From Candidatus Aenigmatarchaeota archaeon (lineage in GTDB: Archaea; Aenigmatarchaeota; Aenigmatarchaeia; CG10238-14; SpSt-28), in NCBI GenBank assembly GCA_049976365.1, contig JBMFIJ010000001.1, positions 1 to 60,095 on the forward strand: a stretch of DNA of 60,095 bases. The letters are read 5' to 3'. The notes beneath the pieces were generated by a model. It saw only the letters and a list, made by a program, of their open reading frames with translations. It searched no databases and had not been told where the DNA came from. Position 1 is the stretch's first letter. Every line of letters begins with the position of its first letter. This document shows, in pieces, positions 25,598 to 34,750 of the stretch. The translations under genes were made by a program, and so were the position numbers.

Positions 25598-27517
25598 ATG
25601 GAAATAGAATCTACTTGCATTTATTGTGCTGTTGGATGCAAACTGAAATATGAGGTTGAAAGCAATAGAATTATCAGAGTTTTGCCATTAAAAGATGATC
25701 CAGTTTCGAAGGGAAGACCATGTATAAAAGGACTTTTAATAAATGAAGTAGTTGATTATGGAAGGATTTTAAAACCGATGATAAGAGAAGGTAAAAGGTT
25801 CAGAGAGATATCTTGGGATAAAGCGTTTTTAACGTTGTATAAAATTTTAAATAAATATTCTGGTGAGGAAATTTTCTTCTCCGCTTCAGGAAAAATAACT
25901 AATGAAGATAACTTTGTTATTCAAAAATTTGTTAGAATTGTAATGGATTCAAACAATATAGATAATTGTTGTTCAAGACTTTGTCATATGCCAACCCTCT
26001 TAGCGTTTAAAGACGCTTTCGGTATTGGCGCATCTCCAGGCTATCTAGATGAAATAGAAAATTTAGATTGTTTGCTTATAGTTGGATCCAATCCGGCTTC
26101 TAACCATCCTGTTATCTTTAATAGAATTTTAGAAATGAAAGAAAAAGGAGGTAAAATAATTTTAATTTCTCCTATAATTTCAGAAACAGCAGATTATTCT
26201 GATTTACATCTAAAAGTAAATCCTGGAACAGAACTATTATTTTTTAACTGTTTAATTAACCTTCTGATAGAAAGAAGAGAAATAAAAAAACAATGTAAAG
26301 GATTTGAGGAACTGAAAGAAATTGTAAAAGATTATACTCCAGAAATGTTAGAGGAATTTTGTGGAATAAAAAAAGAAGAATTTTATGAGGCAGTTAACAT
26401 CATAGCTAATTCAAAAAATTTTGGTATAATACATGGTATGGGTCTCACGCAACATACTAATGCTGTAGAAACTTTGCATGGGCTAACTAATTTAGCTATT
26501 ATAACTAATGCTAAAATTTTAACTAATAGGGGAGAGATAAATGTACAAGGAAGCGGTGATATGTTAACTTTTCCTTATCCACTACAATTTAGTGAAGATG
26601 TAAATCAAAAATACTTAAGAAAAATTTGGAAAAAAGAACTTTCATCAAAAAAAGGAACGAATCTTATAGAAGCAATTGGTTTTGGGAATTCTAAAGTATC
26701 TTTTATAACTTCTTTTAACCCTGCTCAGTCGATGCCAGACCTTAATAGAATTCATAAAAATTTAAGAAAGATGTATATAGTTCAATTGGAATCTTATTTC
26801 AACTTAACCTCTTATTTTTCTAAGCTGATCTTACCAACACCTCTCTTAATTGAAAGAAAAGGAACTATAACTACCGGAGAAAGAAGAGTAAGATTAGTAA
26901 GAAAGGTTAGAGATCCTCCAGGAGAATGTATGAATGAGTGGAAAATATTCTCAAGATTGGCAAGGATGTTCGATATCAAAGGATTTGAATATAAGGATGA
27001 AATAGAAATTTTTGAAGAAGCAACAAAAATTGTAAAGGCATACAATAAAGTAGATGCAAAAAAGGTTTATTCTGGAAAAGACGCTTTTGCAGACAAGAAA
27101 ATAAAGTTTTTGAAAATAATACCAGAAAAGTTTCTGGGTTTAGAAGAAATTAGAAGCAGAAAATATCCATTCATTCTATTTACATTTAGGTCCAAGTTTC
27201 ACTTTTTAACTAATGAAGCTACTGGAAAATCAAAAATTTTAAATAAGTCTCAAGAAGGGCCTTATTTTTACTTAAATGAGGAAGATGCAAAAATGTTGAA
27301 AATAAAGAATTTTGATGAAATTGTTGTTAAAAGTAAAGTTGGTAGCTTAAGAGGATATGCCTTTATAAGCAAAAGAATTTTAAAGGGATATGTTGGGGCG
27401 CACTTTCATTTCGAAAACCTTCTTGTTAACAAACTCTATCCTTTAGATTTTGATAAAAGAAGCTTCACACCAAACTTTAAGAATGTTGCTGTTAAAATAG
27501 TAAAAGTAAGGAAGTAG
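25598..27517 (+). CDS. Molybdopterin oxidoreductase, formate dehydrogenase alpha-like (Cys type)
   Basis: N-terminal 4Fe-4S motif CIYCAVGCKL...CIKG; active-site region NCCSRLCHMPT (Cys-His, no in-frame TGA); MGD-binding domain layout. ATG 25598 is preferred over 25538. Confidence 0.7.
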   Translation: MEIESTCIYCAVGCKLKYEVESNRIIRVLPLKDDPVSKGRPCIKGLLINEVVDYGRILKPMIREGKRFREISWDKAFLTLYKILNKYSGEEIFFSASGKITNEDNFVIQKFVRIVMDSNNIDNCCSRLCHMPTLLAFKDAFGIGASPGYLDEIENLDCLLIVGSNPASNHPVIFNRILEMKEKGGKIILISPIISETADYSDLHLKVNPGTELLFFNCLINLLIERREIKKQCKGFEELKEIVKDYTPEMLEEFCGIKKEEFYEAVNIIANSKNFGIIHGMGLTQHTNAVETLHGLTNLAIITNAKILTNRGEINVQGSGDMLTFPYPLQFSEDVNQKYLRKIWKKELSSKKGTNLIEAIGFGNSKVSFITSFNPAQSMPDLNRIHKNLRKMYIVQLESYFNLTSYFSKLILPTPLLIERKGTITTGERRVRLVRKVRDPPGECMNEWKIFSRLARMFDIKGFEYKDEIEIFEEATKIVKAYNKVDAKKVYSGKDAFADKKIKFLKIIPEKFLGLEEIRSRKYPFILFTFRSKFHFLTNEATGKSKILNKSQEGPYFYLNEEDAKMLKIKNFDEIVVKSKVGSLRGYAFISKRILKGYVGAHFHFENLLVNKLYPLDFDKRSFTPNFKNVAVKIVKVRK

Positions 27518-27527
27518 AAAATTAGAT

Positions 27528-27710
27528 ATGATTAGAGGAACACTAAGAGACATACTCATCATATATCTATGCTTTTCTATTTTCTCAAACATTCTTTCTG
27601 GAAATTTCAAGGCAGACAGCACGTTTATAGTTTCAACTTTAATCGTATTTTTTCTAACTATATGGTTTATTTTGGAAAAAATTGGTATTCTACCTAAATT
27701 TACAGGATAA
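27528..27710 (+). CDS. Possible small membrane protein
   Basis: 60 aa with two hydrophobic helices. It overlaps the convergent OFOR-beta 3' end by 11 nt. Confidence 0.25.
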   Translation: MIRGTLRDILIIYLCFSIFSNILSGNFKADSTFIVSTLIVFFLTIWFILEKIGILPKFTG

Positions 27711-28560
27711 TTCCCTTTATCAAATTTGCAAAGTTAACATCTTTTTTTCTTTTGTAAAATATCTCATTTATTTCTTCCTTTTCCTCAAAAGTTTCTTTTG
27801 TTTCTTTCCAAAATATCCCTATTGGTATTTTTGATTTTTCTTCAAGATTATAATTCCATTCCAAGGAAAGTTTCATCGCCTCTTCAAAACTTTTTGGTAT
27901 TTCAATTTTGTAGATTCTTTCTTTTAGAAAATTGGTTGTATTGTGAAATACTATGCAAGGTTGTAAAATATCAACAAAAGAAAAACCTTTGTGTAATATA
28001 GCTTCTCTCATAACATTTTCTAAATGCTCTTTCTCTAGTACAAAGCTTCTAGCAACGAACGATGCTTTACTAGCTAACATAAGAAATACAGGATTTATTG
28101 GTTCTTGTTTTTCTCCTTCAGGTCTAACTTTAGATTTATAGTTCCTTTCGCTAGTTGGAGTAGATTGACCAACAGTTAATGCAAAGTTTTGATTGTTATG
28201 TACAAAAACTTTAATATCTACATTATATCTAGCAGCGTGAATTAAATGGTCTAGACCTTCAGCGTAAATATCGCCATCTCCAACAAAAGAAATTACCTTT
28301 AAATCTTTATTAGCAACTTTAATACCTAAAGCTGTTGGTATTGCTCTTCCATGCAAAGCATTAAAGCTAGAGAGATTTAAATAATCGGAAATTTTTCCAT
28401 GGCAACCTATTCCAGCAACAACAACTACTTTTTTCAAGTCTATTTTACCCTCTTTTTCCAGTTCACTCAAAACTTTTGCAAAAGAGTGTAAAATTATGTT
28501 GTTTAAACAACCGGGACACCAGCTTATTTTATAATTGCTTATTATTTTATTGTTTTCCAC
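27700..28560 (-). CDS. 2-oxoacid:ferredoxin oxidoreductase beta subunit (TPP-binding)
   Basis: SWCPGCLN, AGIGCHGK, FVGDGDIYAEG (TPP motif); 286 aa. Confidence 0.85.
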   Translation of the reverse strand: MENNKIISNYKISWCPGCLNNIILHSFAKVLSELEKEGKIDLKKVVVVAGIGCHGKISDYLNLSSFNALHGRAIPTALGIKVANKDLKVISFVGDGDIYAEGLDHLIHAARYNVDIKVFVHNNQNFALTVGQSTPTSERNYKSKVRPEGEKQEPINPVFLMLASKASFVARSFVLEKEHLENVMREAILHKGFSFVDILQPCIVFHNTTNFLKERIYKIEIPKSFEEAMKLSLEWNYNLEEKSKIPIGIFWKETKETFEEKEEINEIFYKRKKDVNFANLIKGIIL

Positions 28561-30196
28561 TTAACCACCTTTTTACATTCAATATAATTTCTTCGCTTGT
28601 AAATGGTCTACCATCATATTTTAATATCTCATCTAACTCAAAACCGGTATTTTCTCTTATAACGCTTCCTAACTGACCGCCAACATTATTTTCTATAATA
28701 ACTTTCCTTTTTGATTTTTCAATTTCTCCCTTTACAATTTCTTTTGGAAATGGAGAAATGTAAATTATATGAAGGAATCTAAAATCTTTTAAAGTAGATA
28801 AAGCATCTAATATTGCTCCTTTTGTAGAACCGAAGCTTATTATGAGATTTTTCCCATTTCCATAAACTTTTGCCATTTCAAATTTTCCCTCAACTTCTTT
28901 CTTTAATGTCTCAAATTTTCTCATTCTTTTTTCTTGCATGGCTTTTGCTGTTTTTGCATCTTCTGTTGTAAATCCATATTCATCATGCTCATAGCTATTT
29001 ACTTTTACAATTGCTTCACCAGGAACGCTTCTTGGAGATATGCCATCCTTTGTTAGAGAATAAGTTTTAAATTTCTTTTGATCTTTCAGTATTATGTTTT
29101 CAACTTTTATCTTAGGTTCTTCTATGCTGTCAAAAGTGTAAAAACTTTCTGCCAGATGTTTGTCAGAAAGAATTATTGAAAGAACATTGTATTTGTAAGC
29201 CAAATAAAATGCTTCGATTGTTTTGTAAAAAGCTTCTTTTGCATCTCCGGGCGCAATAACGACTCTAGGAAAATCACCATGGCCACAATTTAATGCTAAT
29301 TTTAAATCGCCTTGCATGGTATAAGTTGGCATACCAGTCGAAGGTGATGCTCTTTGAGCTAAATATACTACTAAAGGAATTTCTGTCATTCCTTGTAAAC
29401 TCATAGCTTCACACATCAAATCAAATCCGCCACCAGAAGTTCCTACCATAGAAATAGCGCCAGCATAGCTTGCCCCTAATGCAGCATTTGCTACAGCAAT
29501 TTCATTTTCAAGCTGAAGGGTTTTCATTTTATATTCTTCTCTTTTGCTAGAAAGAAAATGCAATAATGGGGTTGCTGGTGTCATTGGATAAGCAAAGTAT
29601 ATATCTAATCCAGAATAAATTGCTCCTAAGCCTACAGCTGTTGTACCGTCTATAAATACTTTTTTGTTTCTTCTCTCAGGTATCTCAATTTTTTTTAGCT
29701 TTCTTGAATATTCATAACCTAATTTCGCTGCCTCTAAATTTTTTTCATCTTTTAATCTTTCCTTTATAGATTCTAAAAGCGTTTCTAAAGGAAGATCTAA
29801 CGCTTTAAACAAGGCACCTAGAAATATAGAATTTCTTACTAAAGGTTTTGCATTTATTTTCTCTATTATTTCTTGAGTATTTACTTTAACATGTTTCTTG
29901 TAAGAGACGCTTAAGTCAGAAATTAGTATACAATCTGGCTTGAATTCATTTCTATGTATTTTAAAGCTATTTTCATCTAAAGCTATAGCTAAATCGAATG
30001 CTAGTTCATGAGAATGTATCGGTTTTTCTGATATACTAATTACATTAAAATTATGACCGCCTGTAATGAATGAGCCATAGTCTCTATAAACAAAAGAATA
30101 AAATCCCAATTTTATAAATGATTTTGCTAGAATTTCAGAAGAGGCTTCTATTCCTTGCCCAGCTTGCCCACCAATGAGAATGTTTATTTTCATCAT
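28547..30196 (-). CDS. 2-oxoacid:ferredoxin oxidoreductase alpha subunit (gamma-alpha fusion)
   Basis: N-terminal gamma-like IGGQAGQGI followed by an alpha domain (YPMTPATPLL, GTSGGGFDLM); 549 aa. It overlaps the beta subunit start. Confidence 0.85.
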   Translation of the reverse strand: MMKINILIGGQAGQGIEASSEILAKSFIKLGFYSFVYRDYGSFITGGHNFNVISISEKPIHSHELAFDLAIALDENSFKIHRNEFKPDCILISDLSVSYKKHVKVNTQEIIEKINAKPLVRNSIFLGALFKALDLPLETLLESIKERLKDEKNLEAAKLGYEYSRKLKKIEIPERRNKKVFIDGTTAVGLGAIYSGLDIYFAYPMTPATPLLHFLSSKREEYKMKTLQLENEIAVANAALGASYAGAISMVGTSGGGFDLMCEAMSLQGMTEIPLVVYLAQRASPSTGMPTYTMQGDLKLALNCGHGDFPRVVIAPGDAKEAFYKTIEAFYLAYKYNVLSIILSDKHLAESFYTFDSIEEPKIKVENIILKDQKKFKTYSLTKDGISPRSVPGEAIVKVNSYEHDEYGFTTEDAKTAKAMQEKRMRKFETLKKEVEGKFEMAKVYGNGKNLIISFGSTKGAILDALSTLKDFRFLHIIYISPFPKEIVKGEIEKSKRKVIIENNVGGQLGSVIRENTGFELDEILKYDGRPFTSEEIILNVKRWLSGKQ

Positions 30197-30223
30197 ATTT
30201 TTTTATGTGTCAGAATAAAAATT

Positions 30224-30703
30224 TTAAATTTTCTTTATGCTTGTCATTATTCTTCTTCCTTTAGGTACATAATTTTCTATAAAATCTTCTCTCAGTATTC
30301 CCGAACCAAAAAAATCATTATTATTTTTTATTAAAACAAAATTGTTTTTTTCACAATTAATTAATTCTTTCCATTTGGCAGGTAAACCTTCCATGAATTT
30401 GAATATATTTTCATCATCGAGAATAGCAATATTTTTATTCGCCTGCTTACCAACAATTTGGCTTCCTTCTACTGAAAGCTGAATCTTTTGATTTCTCTTT
30501 AATTTACCAATATATAATCCAAAATAGCTCGACTTTTCTATTAAATTTTCTACAGTAGAAATAGATTTAGAGGCTAGGAATATTTCCCCTCTTTTGTTAA
30601 TATAAACCTCATAATTTGATAAATCTAGCTTTGCACCATAATTTTTTTCAATAATTTTTTCTATATCTTCTATCTCTTTTAAACTTGCTTTTTTAGCTTG
30701 CAT
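30224..30703 (-). CDS. Nip7/UPF0113-like PUA-domain RNA-binding protein
   Basis: 159 aa; N-terminal alpha/beta part plus a C-terminal PUA-like part (NFVLIKNNNDFFGSGIL). It overlaps the upstream m5C methyltransferase by 25 nt. Confidence 0.45.
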   Translation of the reverse strand: MQAKKASLKEIEDIEKIIEKNYGAKLDLSNYEVYINKRGEIFLASKSISTVENLIEKSSYFGLYIGKLKRNQKIQLSVEGSQIVGKQANKNIAILDDENIFKFMEGLPAKWKELINCEKNNFVLIKNNNDFFGSGILREDFIENYVPKGRRIMTSIKKI

Positions 30704-31602
30704 ATAAAAAATCCCTCCGTTAAGTTGTCAAATGGATAAAATCTGATTGCATATTTTGCGTGTTCAAACTTCTTATTTCTATACTGCTCTATCCCCTGTC
30801 TATACTTTAGTCCCTTTAATTCTATCTTTTCTGGAATTAGATTCAATTTTTTAACAGCATATTCTAAATTTTCTTCATTTTCTTCAGGATCTAGAGAACA
30901 AGTTGAATAAACTATAGTGCCATTATCATCTAGAACTTTTACAGCTTCTTTTAATATCTGTTTTTGAAGATTACTCAATCTTTCTACAATATGTTGACTC
31001 CAAAATTCCAAAACTCTATAATTGCTAATAAAAGTTCCACTAGAACTACAAGGTACGTCCAAAAGTATTTTATTAAATTTTACTCCCATCTTAGAAATTT
31101 TTCTAGCATCAATCATAGTAACAATGACATTTGTAGCTCCTATTTTTTGTAAGTTAAAAGAAAGGGCTTTTATTCTCTTAGGATTTACATCATTTGCAAT
31201 TATTATACCTTCATTTTTCATAAGTTCAGCAATAAAAGTAGTTTTGGAGCCAGGAGAAGCACAAGCATCTAATACTATATCTCCCGGTTTTGGATCCAAA
31301 ACTAAGACAGGAACTAAGCTAGAAGCATCCTGAATATAATAGTATCCTAAAAAATATTCCTTTGTTTTAGCCAAGCTATCCGCATTTTCTACAAAAAAAG
31401 CATTTTCATACCAAGCAACTTCTTCTAATTTCCAACCTTTTTCTATCAATCGTTTCTTTAGTTCTTCTTTTGATATCTTAAGAGTGTTTACTCTTATACA
31501 ATCTCTTGCTCTATATTGCAATGCTGCTTCTAAATTTTTAAATTCTTCCTTTAGGATTTCCCTAAATTTTTTCTCAAAACCAATCGGGAATTTTATGCTC
31601 AT
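30679..31602 (-). CDS. NOL1/NOP2/Sun-family RNA cytosine-C5 methyltransferase
   Basis: SAM motif VLDACASPGSKT, catalytic LLDVPCSSSGT and VYSTCSL. Confidence 0.85.
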   Translation of the reverse strand: MSIKFPIGFEKKFREILKEEFKNLEAALQYRARDCIRVNTLKISKEELKKRLIEKGWKLEEVAWYENAFFVENADSLAKTKEYFLGYYYIQDASSLVPVLVLDPKPGDIVLDACASPGSKTTFIAELMKNEGIIIANDVNPKRIKALSFNLQKIGATNVIVTMIDARKISKMGVKFNKILLDVPCSSSGTFISNYRVLEFWSQHIVERLSNLQKQILKEAVKVLDDNGTIVYSTCSLDPEENEENLEYAVKKLNLIPEKIELKGLKYRQGIEQYRNKKFEHAKYAIRFYPFDNLTEGFFICKLKKQV

Positions 31603-32549
31603 TTTAAATCCTCTTTTCTAACTATTACTCTATCAATCCTTACTGCAACTCCTTTTTTTGATTCAAACATTTTCTTGCTGTTCATTTTAGCAATACCAAT
31701 TGCAATCAACTCGTTTTTCAAGCTCATAACTGCAACATTTTCGCCCTCTACTATTCCTTCCTGAATTCTAACTATTCCTATTGGGTAAAGAGGTGCCCCA
31801 TTAGAAATAGCTTCTATTGCTGTATCTTTTATGAAAACCTTTTTTACATGATCTATTGCCAATTCTATTGGAATTAAAATCTTTCTCAAGTATTTTTCAT
31901 CTCCTTCCTTCCAAAATTCAAAAGCGTCTCTTATTTCTACAAGTGAATGAGCTTGATCTTCTGTAAAATTGCCAGCTCTAATTCTTCTTAATTCTACCAT
32001 ATGTGCTCCTATTCCAGCTTCTACTCCAATATCCCAAACCAACTTTCTAATATATGTACCAGCTTCAACTCTTGTTCTAAATAGTATATCTTTGCCATTT
32101 GCTTCTAAAATTTCAAAAGATTTTATTTCTCTTATTCTTGGTTTTCTTGATACTGCAGATTTTTTTGGCGGAACTTGGACTATTTTTCCTATGAATTTTT
32201 CTGCAATCAATTTTTTCAATTTTTCTATATCATAATCTTTATGCAAATGCATTATTCCAACATATTCTTTTTCTAATCTTGAAAATAGAGGGGCTGTTTT
32301 AACAGCATCATTTAACAAAACTGGCAAAACTCCTGTGACCTTTGGATCTAAAGTTCCTATATGCCCAACCTTTTTAGCATTGAAAATTTCCTTTATCCAT
32401 AAGCTTACTTGATGACTAGTTGGGCCCTCATTTTTATCAACTATAATGATGCATTTATTAACTAATTCTTCAATGCTTCTTTCTTCTGGGCCTTTTCCTA
32501 AATTTCCATACAATTCTTCATAATCTTTTATTAGCCACATAATAATCAT
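31599..32549 (-). CDS. cbf5: Cbf5 / tRNA pseudouridine synthase B (H/ACA RNP catalytic subunit) with PUA domain
   Basis: GPTSHQVSLWIK, HIGTLDPKVTGVLPV (TruB catalytic Asp), C-terminal PUA. Confidence 0.9.
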   Translation of the reverse strand: MIIMWLIKDYEELYGNLGKGPEERSIEELVNKCIIIVDKNEGPTSHQVSLWIKEIFNAKKVGHIGTLDPKVTGVLPVLLNDAVKTAPLFSRLEKEYVGIMHLHKDYDIEKLKKLIAEKFIGKIVQVPPKKSAVSRKPRIREIKSFEILEANGKDILFRTRVEAGTYIRKLVWDIGVEAGIGAHMVELRRIRAGNFTEDQAHSLVEIRDAFEFWKEGDEKYLRKILIPIELAIDHVKKVFIKDTAIEAISNGAPLYPIGIVRIQEGIVEGENVAVMSLKNELIAIGIAKMNSKKMFESKKGVAVRIDRVIVRKEDLK

Positions 32550-32565
32550 TCTTTGTTAAAATGTT

Positions 32566-32580
32566 AAAGCTTTATAAATA
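32566..32580 (+). promoter_or_regulatory. BRE/TATA promoter of the SepF-like gene (leaderless geometry)
   Basis: aaagctttataaata ends 19 nt before ATG 32599. Confidence 0.5.
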
Positions 32581-32598
32581 TTTAAATTAATTTAAATC

Positions 32599-32931
32599 AT
32601 GGCAATCTCCGATTTTTTCCCAACGAGCAAAAAAGAAGAATTAAAAGAAGTTGAAGTTGAGGAAACAGAAGAAACACCAAAAGAAGAAAAAATAAAAATA
32701 AAAGTTGAAAAAATTTCTAAATCAGAAGATGTAGATAAGGTTGTTAGATTAGCAAGGCAAATGATTGTTATAGTTAAAACTCAAGAATTAATGAAAAGAG
32801 ATTATGGCTATATGCAAACCCTTCTTGCTAAATTGAAAAAAGCTTGTAAACAAAATAATATAGATTTGGTTGGCACTTCAGACGGCTATTTAATTCTTGC
32901 TCCCTCTTTTGTAGAAATTGTTAGAGAATAA
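32599..32931 (+). CDS. sepF: SepF-like (DUF552) cell-division protein
   Basis: 110 aa; acidic linker then the core IKVEKISKSEDVDKVVRLARQ..IVIV...LLAKLKKACKQNNIDLVGTSDGYLILAPSFVEI. Confidence 0.55.
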   Translation: MAISDFFPTSKKEELKEVEVEETEETPKEEKIKIKVEKISKSEDVDKVVRLARQMIVIVKTQELMKRDYGYMQTLLAKLKKACKQNNIDLVGTSDGYLILAPSFVEIVRE

Positions 32932-32984
32932 GGTGAATAGGATTTAGCAATCAGTATCTACAACTCAAAAGGCTAATTAAAGAA

Positions 32985-34553
32985 TTGGAAAAAATAAAAG
33001 GGAGACATACAGAGTTGGTTTCAGTCTATATTCCTGCTGGCTACAATTTGTATGAAATGATAAATCAGCTTATTCAGGAAAAGTCTACAGCAGAAAACAT
33101 AAAAAGCAAATCTACAAGAAAAAATGTAATTTCTGCTCTAGAAAAAATTATTCAATACTTAAGGTTATTCAAGCAAACTCCTCCAAACGGTTTAGCAGTT
33201 TTTGCTGGGAATGTTTCTGAATTCGAAGGAAAAGAAGATATAAGACTTTGGGCTATAGAGCCGCCAGAGAAACTCGAAACTAAAATTTATTGGTGCGATC
33301 AAGTTTTTGTTTTAGATCCGCTAAAAGAAATGGTAAAGGAAAAAGATGTTTATGGATTAATAGTTTTAGATGCTAGAGAGGCTACTATTGGACTTTTAAA
33401 AGGTAAGAAAATAATTGTTAAAAAAAGATTGGATTCTACAGTTCCAAGCAAAACAGTTAAAGGAGGAATGTGTTTACATAGATCAACCCTAATAACTTTA
33501 TCTAATGGCCAAAAAATACCAATAAATAAAATAAAGAAAGGAGATGAAGTTTTGTGTTTTGATTTTACTGAAAATAAAATAAAGACAGGAATAGTGAAGG
33601 AAATTTATAAGAGAAAGGTTGAAAAAGCTAAAAAAATATTTTATGAGAGAAACAGTTTGATAGTCAGTGAAGATCATTTACTGTTTGTTAAAGAAAATGA
33701 GATTAAAGAAAAGCCAGTTAGAGAAATCAAAAGACAAGAAGTGGTTTTTGTTTTGGATAATGAAGTAAAAGAAGTGCAAATTAAAAATTTGAGTGAGGTT
33801 TCTGTAGAAGCTTCTATATTCTTCTATGATTTAGAAGTCTATCCTTTTGGAAACTATTTCGCAAATGATTTGCTTGTGCATAATTCGCAAGGTAGATATG
33901 ATAGGCTTAGAGAAGATGCAATAAATGAATTTTTAACCAAAGTTGGAGAAGTAGCATCTAATATATTTCTAGAAGAAAACGTCCTAGGTGTTTTAATAGG
34001 AGGTCCAGGCCCAGTTAAAGAAAGACTAGCTAAGGAAGATTATCTTAACTATCAGATTAAAAAGAAAATACTCGGAATAAAAGATATAGGTTATGCAGAT
34101 GAATATGGGCTTGAAGAACTAGTAAAAAGGTCAGAGGATTTGTTACAACAAGCAGAGATATTTAGAGAGAAAAATTTGCTTAACAAATTTTTTGTAACTC
34201 TACGAGATAAAGGAAATGCAGTTGTAGGGTTAGATAATGTAATTAAGGCTTTAGAAATGGGGGCAGTAGAAGAAATTATTATTGTTGAAAACTTTGATTA
34301 TGTTAGAAAGTACTTGATTTGTGAAAATGGTCATACGAAAACTGTTATATCTAAAAGAGATGAAAAAATATTTTGTGATGTTTGCGGGAAAGAAATGAAA
34401 GTTGAAAAGGAAGAGGAAATTTACGATGAAATAATTGATAAAGCAGAAAGTATAGGAATAAAAGTGAATATAGTTTCTGATGAGACAGAAGAAGGTAAGG
34501 GACTTAAAAGTATGGGCGGGATAGGAGCATTTTTGCGTTTCAAGATAGATTAG
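32985..34553 (+). CDS. prf1: Peptide chain release factor aRF1, interrupted by a mini-intein; the true start is probably upstream of 32985
   Basis: NIKS motif (TAENIKSKSTRKNV), YxCxxxF (YWCDQVF), the GG..SQGRYDRLRED middle domain and a C-terminal zinc-ribbon mini-domain. 522 aa versus about 385 after intein removal. Confidence 0.9.
   Translation: MEKIKGRHTELVSVYIPAGYNLYEMINQLIQEKSTAENIKSKSTRKNVISALEKIIQYLRLFKQTPPNGLAVFAGNVSEFEGKEDIRLWAIEPPEKLETKIYWCDQVFVLDPLKEMVKEKDVYGLIVLDAREATIGLLKGKKIIVKKRLDSTVPSKTVKGGMCLHRSTLITLSNGQKIPINKIKKGDEVLCFDFTENKIKTGIVKEIYKRKVEKAKKIFYERNSLIVSEDHLLFVKENEIKEKPVREIKRQEVVFVLDNEVKEVQIKNLSEVSVEASIFFYDLEVYPFGNYFANDLLVHNSQGRYDRLREDAINEFLTKVGEVASNIFLEENVLGVLIGGPGPVKERLAKEDYLNYQIKKKILGIKDIGYADEYGLEELVKRSEDLLQQAEIFREKNLLNKFFVTLRDKGNAVVGLDNVIKALEMGAVEEIIIVENFDYVRKYLICENGHTKTVISKRDEKIFCDVCGKEMKVEKEEEIYDEIIDKAESIGIKVNIVSDETEEGKGLKSMGGIGAFLRFKID
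33471..33884 (+). mobile_element. Mini-intein (138 aa, no endonuclease domain) inserted at the GGQ loop of aRF1
   Basis: Block A CLHRSTLITLSNG, block B SEDHLLF, block F FFYDLEVYPFGNYFAN, block G DLLVHN followed by +1 Ser. The flanking exteins align contiguously to aRF1. Confidence 0.85.
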
Positions 34554-34750
34554 TCTTATAACTTTTTAGAAAAGAAATTTAATTATGGAGGAATATTTAA
34601 GGAATTATACGGTCGATTTTTTTGATGATCTCCTTTATTTTTTCTGTAGGCCTTCTTACAAAAATTTAGTTAAAGTCTTAAAGTATTTTAAATTCTCTCA
34701 TTTAAAAAGATATAAAGTTGAAAGCATGTACTGGAAAGATAAGGATATTA

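Noticed and set aside
25598-27517. The possibility of selenocysteine recoding in the FdhA-like gene.
   Set aside because: The ORF has no in-frame TGA. The active-site position is a TGT/TGC-encoded Cys (SRLCH).
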